From positions 1 through 58,287 of the IMG/VR virus record IMGVR_UViG_3300045988_068176: a DNA stretch of 58,287 bases; one strand, written 5' to 3'. Source of the DNA: a virus. Position 1 is the first letter of the stretch; each line of letters begins with the position of its first letter. Positions 42,754 through 51,364 of this stretch are shown here, piece after piece. A model generated the notes under the pieces. It saw only the letters and a program-made list of their open reading frames with translations. It ran no database searches and had not been told where the DNA came from. A program made the translations under genes and the position numbers.

Positions 42754-42969
42754 ATGAAAACTTACACTGAACACGAAATCAACGGCTTGAGCATTTACGT
42801 TGATGACGAGACCGGGAAAGTGCATCACGCAGTAAATTGGGATAGCCCAAACCAAACAACGCTTTACCCGTACGCCTACAACACCCGTTCCCGTGTGTGG
42901 GATAATGTCAGCGGAGATTATACGCTGGCAGGATTGAAGCGCACAAAGCGCCTGATTGAATGGCACTAA
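42754..42969 (+). CDS. hypothetical protein
   Basis: 71-aa ORF; GAAAGG RBS. Confidence 0.55.
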   Translation: MKTYTEHEINGLSIYVDDETGKVHHAVNWDSPNQTTLYPYAYNTRSRVWDNVSGDYTLAGLKRTKRLIEWH

Positions 42970-42980
42970 CAAAATCTTAA

Positions 42981-43046
42981 CCCCGCCCACGCTGGCGGGG
43001 CTTTTATTTTGCCTTGCATCTGCTGAGGATGCGGGGCTTTTATTTT
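42981..43046 (+). terminator. two tandem rho-independent terminators
   Basis: CCCCGCC...GGCGGGG then CTTTTATTTT; CCTTGCATC...GATGCGGGG then CTTTTATTTT. Confidence 0.75.
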
Positions 43047-44401
43047 GTCCCGCTGCAATGCAGCCCTATACAAGCGTTTACAGTGCGTTTTGTGCTACCC
43101 ATGCAGTTATACCGCCCACACCACAAAATGCGCACAGGGCTTTGCAGACGCTTTTCCTGCGATTATGCCCGCTCAACCATCCACGATACCAGACCGACAC
43201 AAACGGCTATAATACCACATACGACACGCTGGAGCACGTCACAGCGGCGCAGCGCCTCCAGCACGTACCAGATACCAGCGCCACGCCGGATGCTATACAG
43301 GCCAGCACAGCCACCATATTATAATAATGTATATAAGGGTGCGCCCCTGTTATGGATCCATGCAAGACAGTGCAGCATACCACAGACCATGCAAACCCGG
43401 CGGGGTCAGCTCCTACCGTCTGCGGATTGCTGGCAAGCGCTACACCCAGCGGGTCAGTCCAGCAGCAGGAGCGCGGCGGGCGGCGCGGAACCATTGGCGG
43501 CTCTCGCCGCATCTCTTTTCGGGCTTTCGCCCGATAGCCAATAGAGGTCAGCAATAGTCGTAGTGTCCCGGCTGGAATAGTCGTAACAGGTTCTGGAATA
43601 GTCGTATCCAATAGTCGTAGTTTCTCCAATAAAATAGTCGTAAAGTCGTCAGATGACCAGTTTTTGAAAGTCCTATATATTGTATAGTAACGAGTAGCTC
43701 GCTGATAGTCGTAGAGTAATAGTCGTAGCATTTTCTTGCGAGCTATCGTCAAATAGTCGTGTATTTTTTGTGTGAAATAGTCGTTCTCCTTTTAGAGAAA
43801 GAGAGGTGCGATAGTCGCTAAGCCATCAGACCACCTCAAAAATCAATAGCTGTCAATACACCTATCAATTTTAATCCCAATCGCATTACCTCAAAATATT
43901 TAACCATCGTACTTATTATAATAGTCGCAGACAATTACTCAATCTTTTTAACTATTATTCTGATGGAATAATTGTATCATTCGATTCGGTTCGTTCTTCT
44001 CCGATTTAATTACCGACAACTACAATCATATCACACCAACCAACTAGGATTATCCATTCGGCAAATGCCTCAATACTTTTAACTATCTAATAAGACTATC
44101 CGGCTGGTCAGTCACTTTCAATTTGTAATCAACTGCTTATACAGTCATGCAACATTTTTACATATCAAGCCGACTGCGAAATGAAGTCAATTCTCCATGT
44201 GGAATAGTCGTAGACCATCCACCAGTCCGAACCTCACGCCAGCTCTTGCCTACGGTCTGCTCTGCTGGCTAACGGTGTAGCTTTGGAGATAGAGGGTTGT
44301 AGGGGGAAAGAACCTTTGCAAAAACATCTAGTTGTCGTTTTCAGTCGTCGCAGTTGTCGCACCATTTTGGCGTGGGGGCCTCAAACAATTTATTTGTTTG
44401 A

Positions 44402-44468
44402 GGGGGGAGTTAGGGGGATTATAGGGGGTAATAGGGGTTGTAGGGGAAAGAGGGGGAAGAAAGGGGGG
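44402..44468 (+). repeat. array of seven G4-G6 tracts at about 11-bp spacing (TAGGGG-type)
   Basis: G-runs at 44402, 44413, 44424, 44434, 44443, 44452 and 44463; preceded by a 10-bp hairpin at 44379-44403. Confidence 0.85.
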
Positions 44469-44484
44469 AAGATTGGATGCGAAC

Positions 44485-44519
44485 GCATGCAAGCGCATTC
44501 ATTTGCATGCAAACGCATA
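44485..44519 (+). repeat. two direct 14-bp boxes GCATGCAA(G/A)CGCAT, 20 bp apart
   Basis: 44485-44498 and 44505-44518; the 13-mer ATGCAAACGCATA recurs inverted at 47003-47015. Confidence 0.8.
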
Positions 44520-44713
44520 ATGCTGATAGTCGTAGCCATATCAGCCCAAACGCTACTCGATCGATACGGTTCCTACTCAAAATCAGACCTTGCCGTTTTC
44601 TCTCGATAAATAACAGAAGAAAAAAGCACGGAATAGTCGCAGAGGGTAGTTTTACTACCTGACACCATTCCATGCTTTCTGATACGTTTGTTGATTGGAG
44701 ATTTTAGCGGAGA

Positions 44714-44995
44714 TTAGATTCTACCATCTGCTTGCATCTTGCGCATACGCTCCGCAGCCGCTTCTTTCTGTTCGTCCGTCATAATTCTTGTGGTTGCAAA
44801 CCGCACAAGTCGCTTGGGCATCTCATACCACTTGCCGTCCTTGTCCTGCTTGACCAGCTTGTACGACACAGGCTCCCGCTCGCACAGCTTGTCAAGCTTG
44901 CGCATATACACCGGGTCAGCGGTATAAACCGATGCAGTATCTTCCGCTGCATTGAAGTTGACGATGGTCTCTTGTTCCAGTCGAGTGATGTTCAT
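44714..44995 (-). CDS. hypothetical protein
   Basis: 93-aa ORF with RBS. Confidence 0.55.
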   Translation of the reverse strand: MNITRLEQETIVNFNAAEDTASVYTADPVYMRKLDKLCEREPVSYKLVKQDKDGKWYEMPKRLVRFATTRIMTDEQKEAAAERMRKMQADGRI

Positions 44996-45135
44996 AATCG
45001 TTTTCCTCCGTTTGTTGATTGACGAAAAATATTTATGGGGTTCAGACGATAACTTTATCGCCCAGACCCTGTTATCTGTTTTTCTTGCCTATTCTACTGT
45101 AACGATACGAGCGCAGAAGCAATGCTAGGCTACTA

Positions 45136-45411
45136 TCACTCAATCGTTTCGTATGTTTTCTCGAAAATGTCAGGTTTGCACGGGTAGATTTCGCCATTTA
45201 CGCCACGAATGATATAATCGCCAGTCCTCGCAATCATAGTCCCTTCAAGCGTTTTAATCTCGCACCACGCAGGGTCATCGTGAAACTTTCCGAAGTCGTG
45301 CGTGATAATATCGTTGCTACTTACTGCATCCCAGAACCAATCTTCTCCAACAAGGCCTCGTGCATTGAGCTTGAATGCTTCGATAACAACTGGCTTCTTG
45401 CGGTATTTCAT
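45136..45411 (-). CDS. hypothetical phage protein
   Basis: 91 aa; [16 protein letters not shown]-terminus common in phage ORFs. Confidence 0.55.
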   Translation of the reverse strand: MKYRKKPVVIEAFKLNARGLVGEDWFWDAVSSNDIITHDFGKFHDDPAWCEIKTLEGTMIARTGDYIIRGVNGEIYPCKPDIFEKTYETIE

Positions 45412-45427
45412 GTTTATTCTCCTCTCG

Positions 45428-46651
45428 TTACATCCACACGCATTCTTTGAACTGCTGTGTTTCCATCTGGAACGTGATGTCTAGTGACCCCACGTTACCC
45501 TCTTTGTTCTTCTCAAGCGCAAAGTGATAATGCTGCTCCGGCCGCTTTTTCGTAGTCACGTTCTGTGCCAGCAAGATGATTGCATCTGCGTCCTGCTCGA
45601 TTTGCCCGGATTCTCGCAAGTCTGCGGCAGTTGGCGGGATACCTGCTCTTGCGGTCTCTCGATTAAGCTGTGCAAGTGCTATCACCAGCGTTCCTGTGGA
45701 CTGTGCGAACTCATGTAGTGCCATGCTGATCTCCGTTACGGCACTGTATCGGTCTTTCGCTCCGGCTTGATGGATAAGCTGCAAATAGTCGATGAAAACC
45801 ACTTTGGCTTGCATCCTGATAGACTGCGTTCTAATCCACCCAACGCTCTTACCAGCGGCAGAGCGGACGAACAGCGGATATTTCTTGATAGCTGCCAGCC
45901 GGTCAAGTTCGTTAATGCTGACGGTCTTGTTTTTGACCGTGTGCAGTGGTACGCCTAGCTGGTTTGCGATGATACGAGCATAGAGCGTATCCGGGTCTGT
46001 CTCTAGGCTGAAATACGCCACTCTGCGTCCGTTCTTGGCTATTTCACAGGCAAGTTGCAGGGATAGTGCTGTTTTACCAGCAGACGGTCTGCCGCCGATT
46101 ACAACGAAGTTGCCCGGCACAAGGTGCAAGTTGTTATCCAGCACTCTAAGCCCTGTGCTGATATACTCCGGCTTATCATCCAGCTTGCGGATATAATTGT
46201 CTATGCCGTCACACATCGGGATGAAATCGCTTCTCTCGTTGTGCAGGTTGATAGCTTCTCCTAGCTGCTCATAAATGCCTGTCAGGTCTGCGTACCTGGT
46301 CGATCCATCAACGATCTGGAACGCAATCTCTCTGGCTCTGGACAACGCTGCCTGTTCCTTGACGATTCCAGCCCATCCAAGCATCATGTCATGGGTAACG
46401 TTGCGGATGAACTCTGCACCAAAGGCATCCAGGCATTCACCCATTGCTTTCTTGCAGTTATCGTACCGCCCCATGACTTCTACCGGGTTCCACTTGTCGT
46501 TGTGTTCCCAATAGCCACGAATGGCAGCGAATGTATCACGCAGTTCAGGGCAGAAATCGTCGATTTTAAGGTCTTGCAGCACATCGGCGTATTCCGAGAA
46601 CGTAAGGACTGCCCCCAGCAGGATGTACTGGGTCTGATTTTCAATATTCAC
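45428..46651 (-). CDS. dnaB: DnaB-like replicative helicase
   Basis: [22 protein letters not shown] Walker [27 protein letters not shown]. Confidence 0.9.
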   Translation of the reverse strand: MNIENQTQYILLGAVLTFSEYADVLQDLKIDDFCPELRDTFAAIRGYWEHNDKWNPVEVMGRYDNCKKAMGECLDAFGAEFIRNVTHDMMLGWAGIVKEQAALSRAREIAFQIVDGSTRYADLTGIYEQLGEAINLHNERSDFIPMCDGIDNYIRKLDDKPEYISTGLRVLDNNLHLVPGNFVVIGGRPSAGKTALSLQLACEIAKNGRRVAYFSLETDPDTLYARIIANQLGVPLHTVKNKTVSINELDRLAAIKKYPLFVRSAAGKSVGWIRTQSIRMQAKVVFIDYLQLIHQAGAKDRYSAVTEISMALHEFAQSTGTLVIALAQLNRETARAGIPPTAADLRESGQIEQDADAIILLAQNVTTKKRPEQHYHFALEKNKEGNVGSLDITFQMETQQFKECVWM

Positions 46652-47316
46652 CGCAGAAAATCTCCCTCGTCAGGCAATTCAGCCATTGTCTGCTGATAGC
46701 CACCGTTCCAATCCTTCACGTTACGCATCCAGTTCCGTGCAGCAGCTTTCCAGTCCTTCATAGGCGATTTTCCAACCTTCCAGCCATTTGCCGTGAAGTG
46801 GTCAACAAACCGCTCTGCTTCTGATTCCATGTAGCCCTTCTCGGAAAAGTATTCTCTGGCTTGCTCGACAGTCGGTGCTTTAAAGCGTTTTACTTCGTTG
46901 GTATTTTTCTTTTCACATTTTTCTTTTTTATCAGATTCAGATACAGAATCAGATACAGATAAGGCATCGTTTGCATCCATTTGCATATTTTGCATACCAG
47001 CGTATGCGTTTGCATCATTGGTATGCGTTTGTATGCACTTGCATTTTTCATCGTTCCAACGCTTATTTGCACTCCGTCTGTTTTTCTCGATTCGCTCCTG
47101 TCTTTTCTGTGCATTCATATCATCGAACGCCTTAACAACTTTCCAGAGCATCCGCATAGCACGATCGTCGTCGTACGCTGGCTCAAGTCCGGTCTCAACG
47201 TATTGTGCGTAGTTGCGGACGAATGCTCCAAATTCCTCGTCTGTCAGCTCGTCCATCGCATGAACGTGTTCCAGCAGAAGAATCATTGATGTTCTCGGCT
47301 TGTGTTCCTGCTCCAT
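46648..47316 (-). CDS. replisome organizer / DnaD-like replication initiation protein
   Basis: Start at ATG 47316 (AGAGGA RBS). N-term LTDEEFGAFVRNYAQYVETG; C-term FVDHFTANGWKVGKSPMKDWKAAARNWMRN. Confidence 0.65.
   Translation of the reverse strand: MEQEHKPRTSMILLLEHVHAMDELTDEEFGAFVRNYAQYVETGLEPAYDDDRAMRMLWKVVKAFDDMNAQKRQERIEKNRRSANKRWNDEKCKCIQTHTNDANAYAGMQNMQMDANDALSVSDSVSESDKKEKCEKKNTNEVKRFKAPTVEQAREYFSEKGYMESEAERFVDHFTANGWKVGKSPMKDWKAAARNWMRNVKDWNGGYQQTMAELPDEGDFLR
46971..47044. repeat. origin-like repeat cluster inside the organizer gene
   Basis: TTGCAT at 46971, 46981, 46990, 47010 and 47039; TATGCGTTTGCAT at 47003 and TATGCGTTTGTATG at 47022. Confidence 0.7.
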
Positions 47317-47318
47317 AT

Positions 47319-47492
47319 TCAGTCCTCTTTGTAGCGTTTGTTCCACGCTTCGATGGCTTTTTCTTCACTAATAGCATCGGATGTCTCAACTCCACAATTA
47401 TTGCACATTACAAAATAAGTCATACCGTATCCAAATAATCCTATTTGGGGCGGCTTTGCGCCGCAGAATGGGCATCTCTTAAGTTCTTCCAT
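47319..47492 (-). CDS. lar: Lar-family restriction alleviation-like protein (57 aa)
   Basis: MEELKRCPFCGAKP...VMCNNCGVETS...EEKAIEAWNKR; GGAGAAAAAGG RBS; below the track cutoff. Confidence 0.65.
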   Translation of the reverse strand: MEELKRCPFCGAKPPQIGLFGYGMTYFVMCNNCGVETSDAISEEKAIEAWNKRYKED

Positions 47493-47504
47493 CCTTTTTC
47501 TCCT

Positions 47505-47687
47505 TTATATTGTTCTTACTGCTCTTTTATTCCAGTCTATAATTGCTGATGGCAAAAAAGAAAAAGTTTGAGAATGTCTGCCACATTTATCGCATAAAAC
47601 CACATAATGCGCATAAACACCAAAAGGCTCTTTTTCTTTTTCGATATGCGGCTCAGCTCCGCAAAGGCACAATTTCAATTCTGTCAT
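47505..47687 (-). CDS. lar: second Lar-family-like protein
   Basis: LCLCGAEP...VVLCDKCGRHS...SAIIDWNKR. Confidence 0.6.
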   Translation of the reverse strand: MTELKLCLCGAEPHIEKEKEPFGVYAHYVVLCDKCGRHSQTFSFLPSAIIDWNKRAVRTI

Positions 47688-47866
47688 TTTCTAAATCCCT
47701 CTCTCGTTCTCGTGATTCGCTTATGCGCCTTGACAGGTCTTGCGCCTTTGCCGTATGCCGGGCGGATATGTTTTGCCTTGATATGCCCGCAAGGCGGCTT
47801 CGGCCCGAAATCAAAAAGGCTCAAGTCCATAACGATGACGCCAAACTTCTTGTTCGTCATACTCAA
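47684..47866 (-). CDS. hypothetical protein
   Basis: 60-aa ORF with overlapping stop/start on both sides. Confidence 0.45.
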   Translation of the reverse strand: MSMTNKKFGVIVMDLSLFDFGPKPPCGHIKAKHIRPAYGKGARPVKAHKRITRTREGFRK

Positions 47867-48114
47867 TCCCCCTTTGGTGGCTCTGGCATATACGCCCAGT
47901 GCGTCACTTGTGCGTACTTTTCGCCAAACTCGCTTTTCTCGACATTGTAGTAGCCTTCGTAGGCATCAGCCCAGAATCGACCATTCCAAACTGCCTCGAA
48001 TACTTCTGGTTTGTTTCCAATAAAGGGTTGCATAGAAACAAGCACCGCATCGCAATTGTTAGGCGGAAGCCCTTCTTTTTCAATGGAGTGCCAAATCACT
48101 TTGTTTTCGCTCAT
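47863..48114 (-). CDS. DUF551-like protein
   Basis: W.S.E.EGLPP...VTHWAYMPEPPK. Confidence 0.6.
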   Translation of the reverse strand: MSENKVIWHSIEKEGLPPNNCDAVLVSMQPFIGNKPEVFEAVWNGRFWADAYEGYYNVEKSEFGEKYAQVTHWAYMPEPPKGD

Positions 48115-48123
48115 ATTGTCCTC

Positions 48124-48357
48124 CTATACCATCGGAAACGCCATCCAATGCGTCACCGTCACATCTTTCGGCAGTCTCTCGCCTATCTCATCCCAGAACT
48201 GACCGTCTGCGTAACAGCCAAGAAAGTACGCTGTCGGTGAGAATCCTTGCAACATTTTTCCATCTTTATCGCGCCACGTTGTCTTGGTCGCAAGCAACAA
48301 AGGCTGTGTCCGCTCTCGTGGTGGTTCGCTTGCTGGATGCCAAAGCGTGTTAGCCAT
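48124..48357 (-). CDS. DUF551-like protein
   Basis: WHPASEPP...VTHWMAFP. Confidence 0.6.
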   Translation of the reverse strand: MANTLWHPASEPPRERTQPLLLATKTTWRDKDGKMLQGFSPTAYFLGCYADGQFWDEIGERLPKDVTVTHWMAFPMV

Positions 48358-48547
48358 TGTCTTTCACCTCGATTGTTGGTGCATTTTCAATAGCTGTTAT
48401 TACGTCTCCGAGCACATCGAACATCAAGGCGTTGAATGTGTAATCAGCTTCATCCACGCTTACATACTTCATCTGCCTATCGGAAAAATAACGTTTAAGT
48501 GCATTTGCATCAATCGGTCTGACTTTCATTGTTCGTCCCTTCTTCAA
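48350..48547 (-). CDS. hypothetical protein
   Basis: 65-aa ORF. Confidence 0.5.
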   Translation of the reverse strand: MKKGRTMKVRPIDANALKRYFSDRQMKYVSVDEADYTFNALMFDVLGDVITAIENAPTIEVKDNG

Positions 48548-48556
48548 ATCGTGTTA

Positions 48557-48778
48557 TCAACACTTATAACCATAAACGCTAAAGATGATTGCAAACCCAA
48601 CGAGAAAGAAAAGAACATTGACTGCTACAACCGCAATGGCTTTCAAGATTACGTTGTCTATGTATTTGTCCAAAGTTCTAAGAACTATATATTTTTCGAT
48701 CAAATAAATCGGTAAAACAAACACAAAACCAATCATTGTCGTCAAGACAAAACCGAGTACAATTTCAAACAAAGACAT
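48557..48778 (-). CDS. small membrane protein
   Basis: Start MSLFEIVLGFVL behind AAGGAG; two TM segments. Confidence 0.5.
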   Translation of the reverse strand: MSLFEIVLGFVLTTMIGFVFVLPIYLIEKYIVLRTLDKYIDNVILKAIAVVAVNVLFFLVGFAIIFSVYGYKC

Positions 48779-48792
48779 TTTTCTTTCTCCTT

Positions 48793-49158
48793 TCAATCTC
48801 CATCCCACACGCCGTCAGGACGCATTCTTGCAAACGCCAGCAAACCATACAAAGCGCGTTTGGCGTTGCCCTCTGTGGCATTCCAGTAGTCGCTATCGTC
48901 TACATCATCGCCTAGTGCAGAAATAGCCTTTTCAAGCATCGGAATGCTCTCTGCGCCTGTTTTACCATAGATGGAGCGGATGCCGCCCTCACCAAACACT
49001 TCCGGTCGATAATAGAAGTGACTGTAATTATAGGTGACGTTGAGCCACAGTTCTTTTGTACCGCCCATAGCGCGCATACCACCTGCGATAAAATGCGTAC
49101 TATCCGCTTTGAGCGGTTCGTGCGTTACAGGGTCACACAGTGAAATATCATAGCTCAT
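48793..49158 (-). CDS. hypothetical protein
   Basis: Start MSYDISLCDPVTHEPL. Confidence 0.55.
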   Translation of the reverse strand: MSYDISLCDPVTHEPLKADSTHFIAGGMRAMGGTKELWLNVTYNYSHFYYRPEVFGEGGIRSIYGKTGAESIPMLEKAISALGDDVDDSDYWNATEGNAKRALYGLLAFARMRPDGVWDGD

Positions 49159-49162
49159 TTTC

Positions 49163-49399
49163 TCATCCTTTCGCCAGCCATACAGCCAAAAATCCACCGC
49201 AAAAAGCAACGACGTTTATAGTCACCACCATTATCGCATGAATAATTGTTGAGCGTTCTGGATGCTTCCATGACCATTCAATTGAAATGCTATCGGTCAT
49301 ATTCCAAAGAAACATTTCAAAAATCGTAATAAAGGATCCAATGAATAATGTTATAATTGACCCAAGAACAAATATGATGAACGTATCTTTAGTTGTCAT
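49163..49399 (-). CDS. small membrane protein
   Basis: Start MTTKDTFIIFVLGSIITLF. Confidence 0.5.
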   Translation of the reverse strand: MTTKDTFIIFVLGSIITLFIGSFITIFEMFLWNMTDSISIEWSWKHPERSTIIHAIMVVTINVVAFCGGFLAVWLAKG

Positions 49400-49631
49400 T
49401 TTCTCTTTTCTCCCATTCCTTGCATCCACGTTCGTCCCACACGAAGTCTGCAACGTGTTCTGACTGGTCGTTTACACATACGCCCTCCGGCTCTTCGTAC
49501 CATTTGCAAGAGCCACAGGATGGCTCGGATTTGTTCTTGCAGGATTCTGCTGTGCATCGGATAGCCTTGCCAGCGGAGAACTGCTTGATTCCCATGCAAG
49601 AGCAATGTTCGGCGGTGCAGTAAATGTCCAT
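49389..49631 (-). CDS. Cys-rich hypothetical protein
   Basis: 80 aa with 10 Cys. Confidence 0.5.
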   Translation of the reverse strand: MDIYCTAEHCSCMGIKQFSAGKAIRCTAESCKNKSEPSCGSCKWYEEPEGVCVNDQSEHVADFVWDERGCKEWEKRENDN

Positions 49632-49831
49632 TATCTCTTCCCTCTCTTTCCCCTGTTGAACCGCCCGATCACTCGCTTATACTCTGCATAACACTCCGGG
49701 CACAGGTCGCCAGTGTCCCTTCGCCATGCCCAGCCTGTGAACAGCTCGTTTTCGTCATACTTCCAGCCCTCCAGCTTGAACCCGCAGCGGTCACATACTC
49801 GCTTGTGGTAGATTCCTCTGTCAGTTTGCAT
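49631..49831 (-). CDS. zinc-ribbon protein
   Basis: CDRCG...CPEC. Confidence 0.5.
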   Translation of the reverse strand: MQTDRGIYHKRVCDRCGFKLEGWKYDENELFTGWAWRRDTGDLCPECYAEYKRVIGRFNRGKRGKR

Positions 49832-50616
49832 TAGTCATTCTCCCCAACGTACTTGAACAAAATTTCTTTGTCGGCTTTCCAGTCTTTGATTTTGCACGGA
49901 ATATCCGTGCCGGGCACGGTCTTTTTTAGACCATCCATCTGCCAGACGTTCCATGAGATGATAGCAGCCATGTTGCGAACTTTCCCAGCGTCAGGCTCTA
50001 TTCCGAACAGCCACTTAAAGTTCTCTCGCCATGTCAGGAGCATATTTGCTCTTGCAAGTAACAGGCTGTCACCCTGCCACTCATATCCGTATGTAGTCGT
50101 CGCTGCATCCTCTGCCACATCGTGCCATGTCCAGACATTCCAATCAAACCAGTTGTTTACACATTTCAGTTTGCGGTCAAATAGTCCTTTCCGTTTTGGT
50201 ACTGGAATCTTTTTGCCTGTTACCGTGTCGTATCGGTTCACAAGGAACGGTGCTTCTCCGCAGGTGATTTCAAGGACTGTTGAATGGATGTACTTGATAG
50301 GCTCTTTCTTCATATCGGGCACCGCACCGTTTTCTTCTCCCATGTCTATCATCTTTTGACAGACCCAAGAAGGAGTGAAAACCTCTGCTTTTGCTTTGGT
50401 TCTTTGCTTCTGCTCATCCAGACGCTTGAGAACTCGTGGCACTGGCGGGCACTTCTTGATTTGTTCTAACGTGATTTCATCCGCAAAGCCTGCGCCTAGT
50501 TCAGGCGGTGGCTCTGTCGCCCATATGATGTTTTTGCCGGTAGTACGGTCTTTAAGCAAGATAAACAGCACCGCTGAAAGAATTGGGTCGGAGAAGTCAA
50601 CCAACCGTTGTTTCAT
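49831..50616 (-). CDS. methyltransferase-like protein with gamma-class xxFTP motif but no visible NPPY
   Basis: KAEVFTPSWVCQKMID and VLEITCGEAPFLVNRYD resemble motifs X/I of N6-adenine MTases; catalytic motif not seen. Confidence 0.4.
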   Translation of the reverse strand: MKQRLVDFSDPILSAVLFILLKDRTTGKNIIWATEPPPELGAGFADEITLEQIKKCPPVPRVLKRLDEQKQRTKAKAEVFTPSWVCQKMIDMGEENGAVPDMKKEPIKYIHSTVLEITCGEAPFLVNRYDTVTGKKIPVPKRKGLFDRKLKCVNNWFDWNVWTWHDVAEDAATTTYGYEWQGDSLLLARANMLLTWRENFKWLFGIEPDAGKVRNMAAIISWNVWQMDGLKKTVPGTDIPCKIKDWKADKEILFKYVGEND

Positions 50617-51364
50617 TTTTCGCTACCTCTCTGTACTCCACGTCAATCCCTTTTGGCAAAGCCGTCTGGTACTTCTGGGCAAGCTGTTCTGCGCTCTGAG
50701 CATCACCCAACGGCTGTTCAGGCGGCGCAACGGTGACTTCCACGTTGTCACGCATACCAAAATAATTCTTGGCTCGGAAAATCCACTCTGCCGGGTTCTC
50801 CTGACCATACATACCGTTGTACGCCCACATGGACTGCATTTGCAGAATCAGCTTCAAGATGTACTTCTGCTGCAAGCTGTCGTCACGGCGTTTGCCCGCC
50901 ATAATCTGCTTCAGGCTCACCCATTCGATGCCCAGCACCAGTGCAATCCATTCCACCACAGGGGAGATTCTGGCTTCAATGCAAGCGTCAAAGAAGAAGT
51001 CAAGGCGTTGCTGCACTTCAATCGGGTTGTTCATGTCCACGCTCGGAAGGTCGCCAAAATATTTGGCTGCAATCATACCGATGACCTTCTTGTCCTCTTC
51101 ATCGCCGATTCTCGACTGCAAATCGCCTGTGTTCAGCATCTTAGACCTCGTGATTGCTAACTCCTGTTGCTCTTTCACCTTTTTACTCACCTGTGAGCGG
51201 ATAGATTTCCGCTTGTTAAGCATCTGTTGCTTCTTCTTCTCTCGCTCTTTCTCACGCTTCGCAGCGGCTTCTTCTTTCGCTTTTTGCGCCCGCTTCTCAC
51301 GCTTTTTCTTTTCGGCTTCGGTCAGCGGCGGTCTGCCACGACCACGCTTCGGGGGTGTTGACAT
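50597..51364 (-). CDS. terS: terminase small subunit-like protein
   Basis: GRGRPPLTEAEKKK N-terminus; PVVEWIALVLGIEWVSLKQI HTH; NPAEWIFRAKNYFGMRDN hallmark. Confidence 0.7.
   Translation of the reverse strand: MSTPPKRGRGRPPLTEAEKKKREKRAQKAKEEAAAKREKEREKKKQQMLNKRKSIRSQVSKKVKEQQELAITRSKMLNTGDLQSRIGDEEDKKVIGMIAAKYFGDLPSVDMNNPIEVQQRLDFFFDACIEARISPVVEWIALVLGIEWVSLKQIMAGKRRDDSLQQKYILKLILQMQSMWAYNGMYGQENPAEWIFRAKNYFGMRDNVEVTVAPPEQPLGDAQSAEQLAQKYQTALPKGIDVEYREVAKNETTVG

Larger units (their letters stand above)
43554..44641 (+). repeat. 14 same-orientation copies of ATAGTCG(T/C)(A/G/T) (consensus GGAATAGTCGTAG) in a non-coding region
   Basis: Copies start at 43554, 43577, 43598, 43611, 43634, 43705, 43719, 43753, 43777, 43811, 43921, 44204, 44526 and 44633. 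Confidence 0.85.

Noticed and set aside
43014-43752. Track ORFs 43014..43544 (+), 43207..43752 (-) and 43327..43557 (+) in the non-coding locus
   Set aside because: Their sequences are Arg/Pro/Cys-rich or simply translate the ATAGTCG repeats (YDY, RLL runs). They have alternative start codons and no RBS. I treat the region as non-coding.
43554-44641. The ATAGTCG array as a CRISPR array
   Set aside because: The repeat core is only 7-12 bp. Spacing is irregular (13 to over 300 bp). No cas genes or leader-type organisation are present.
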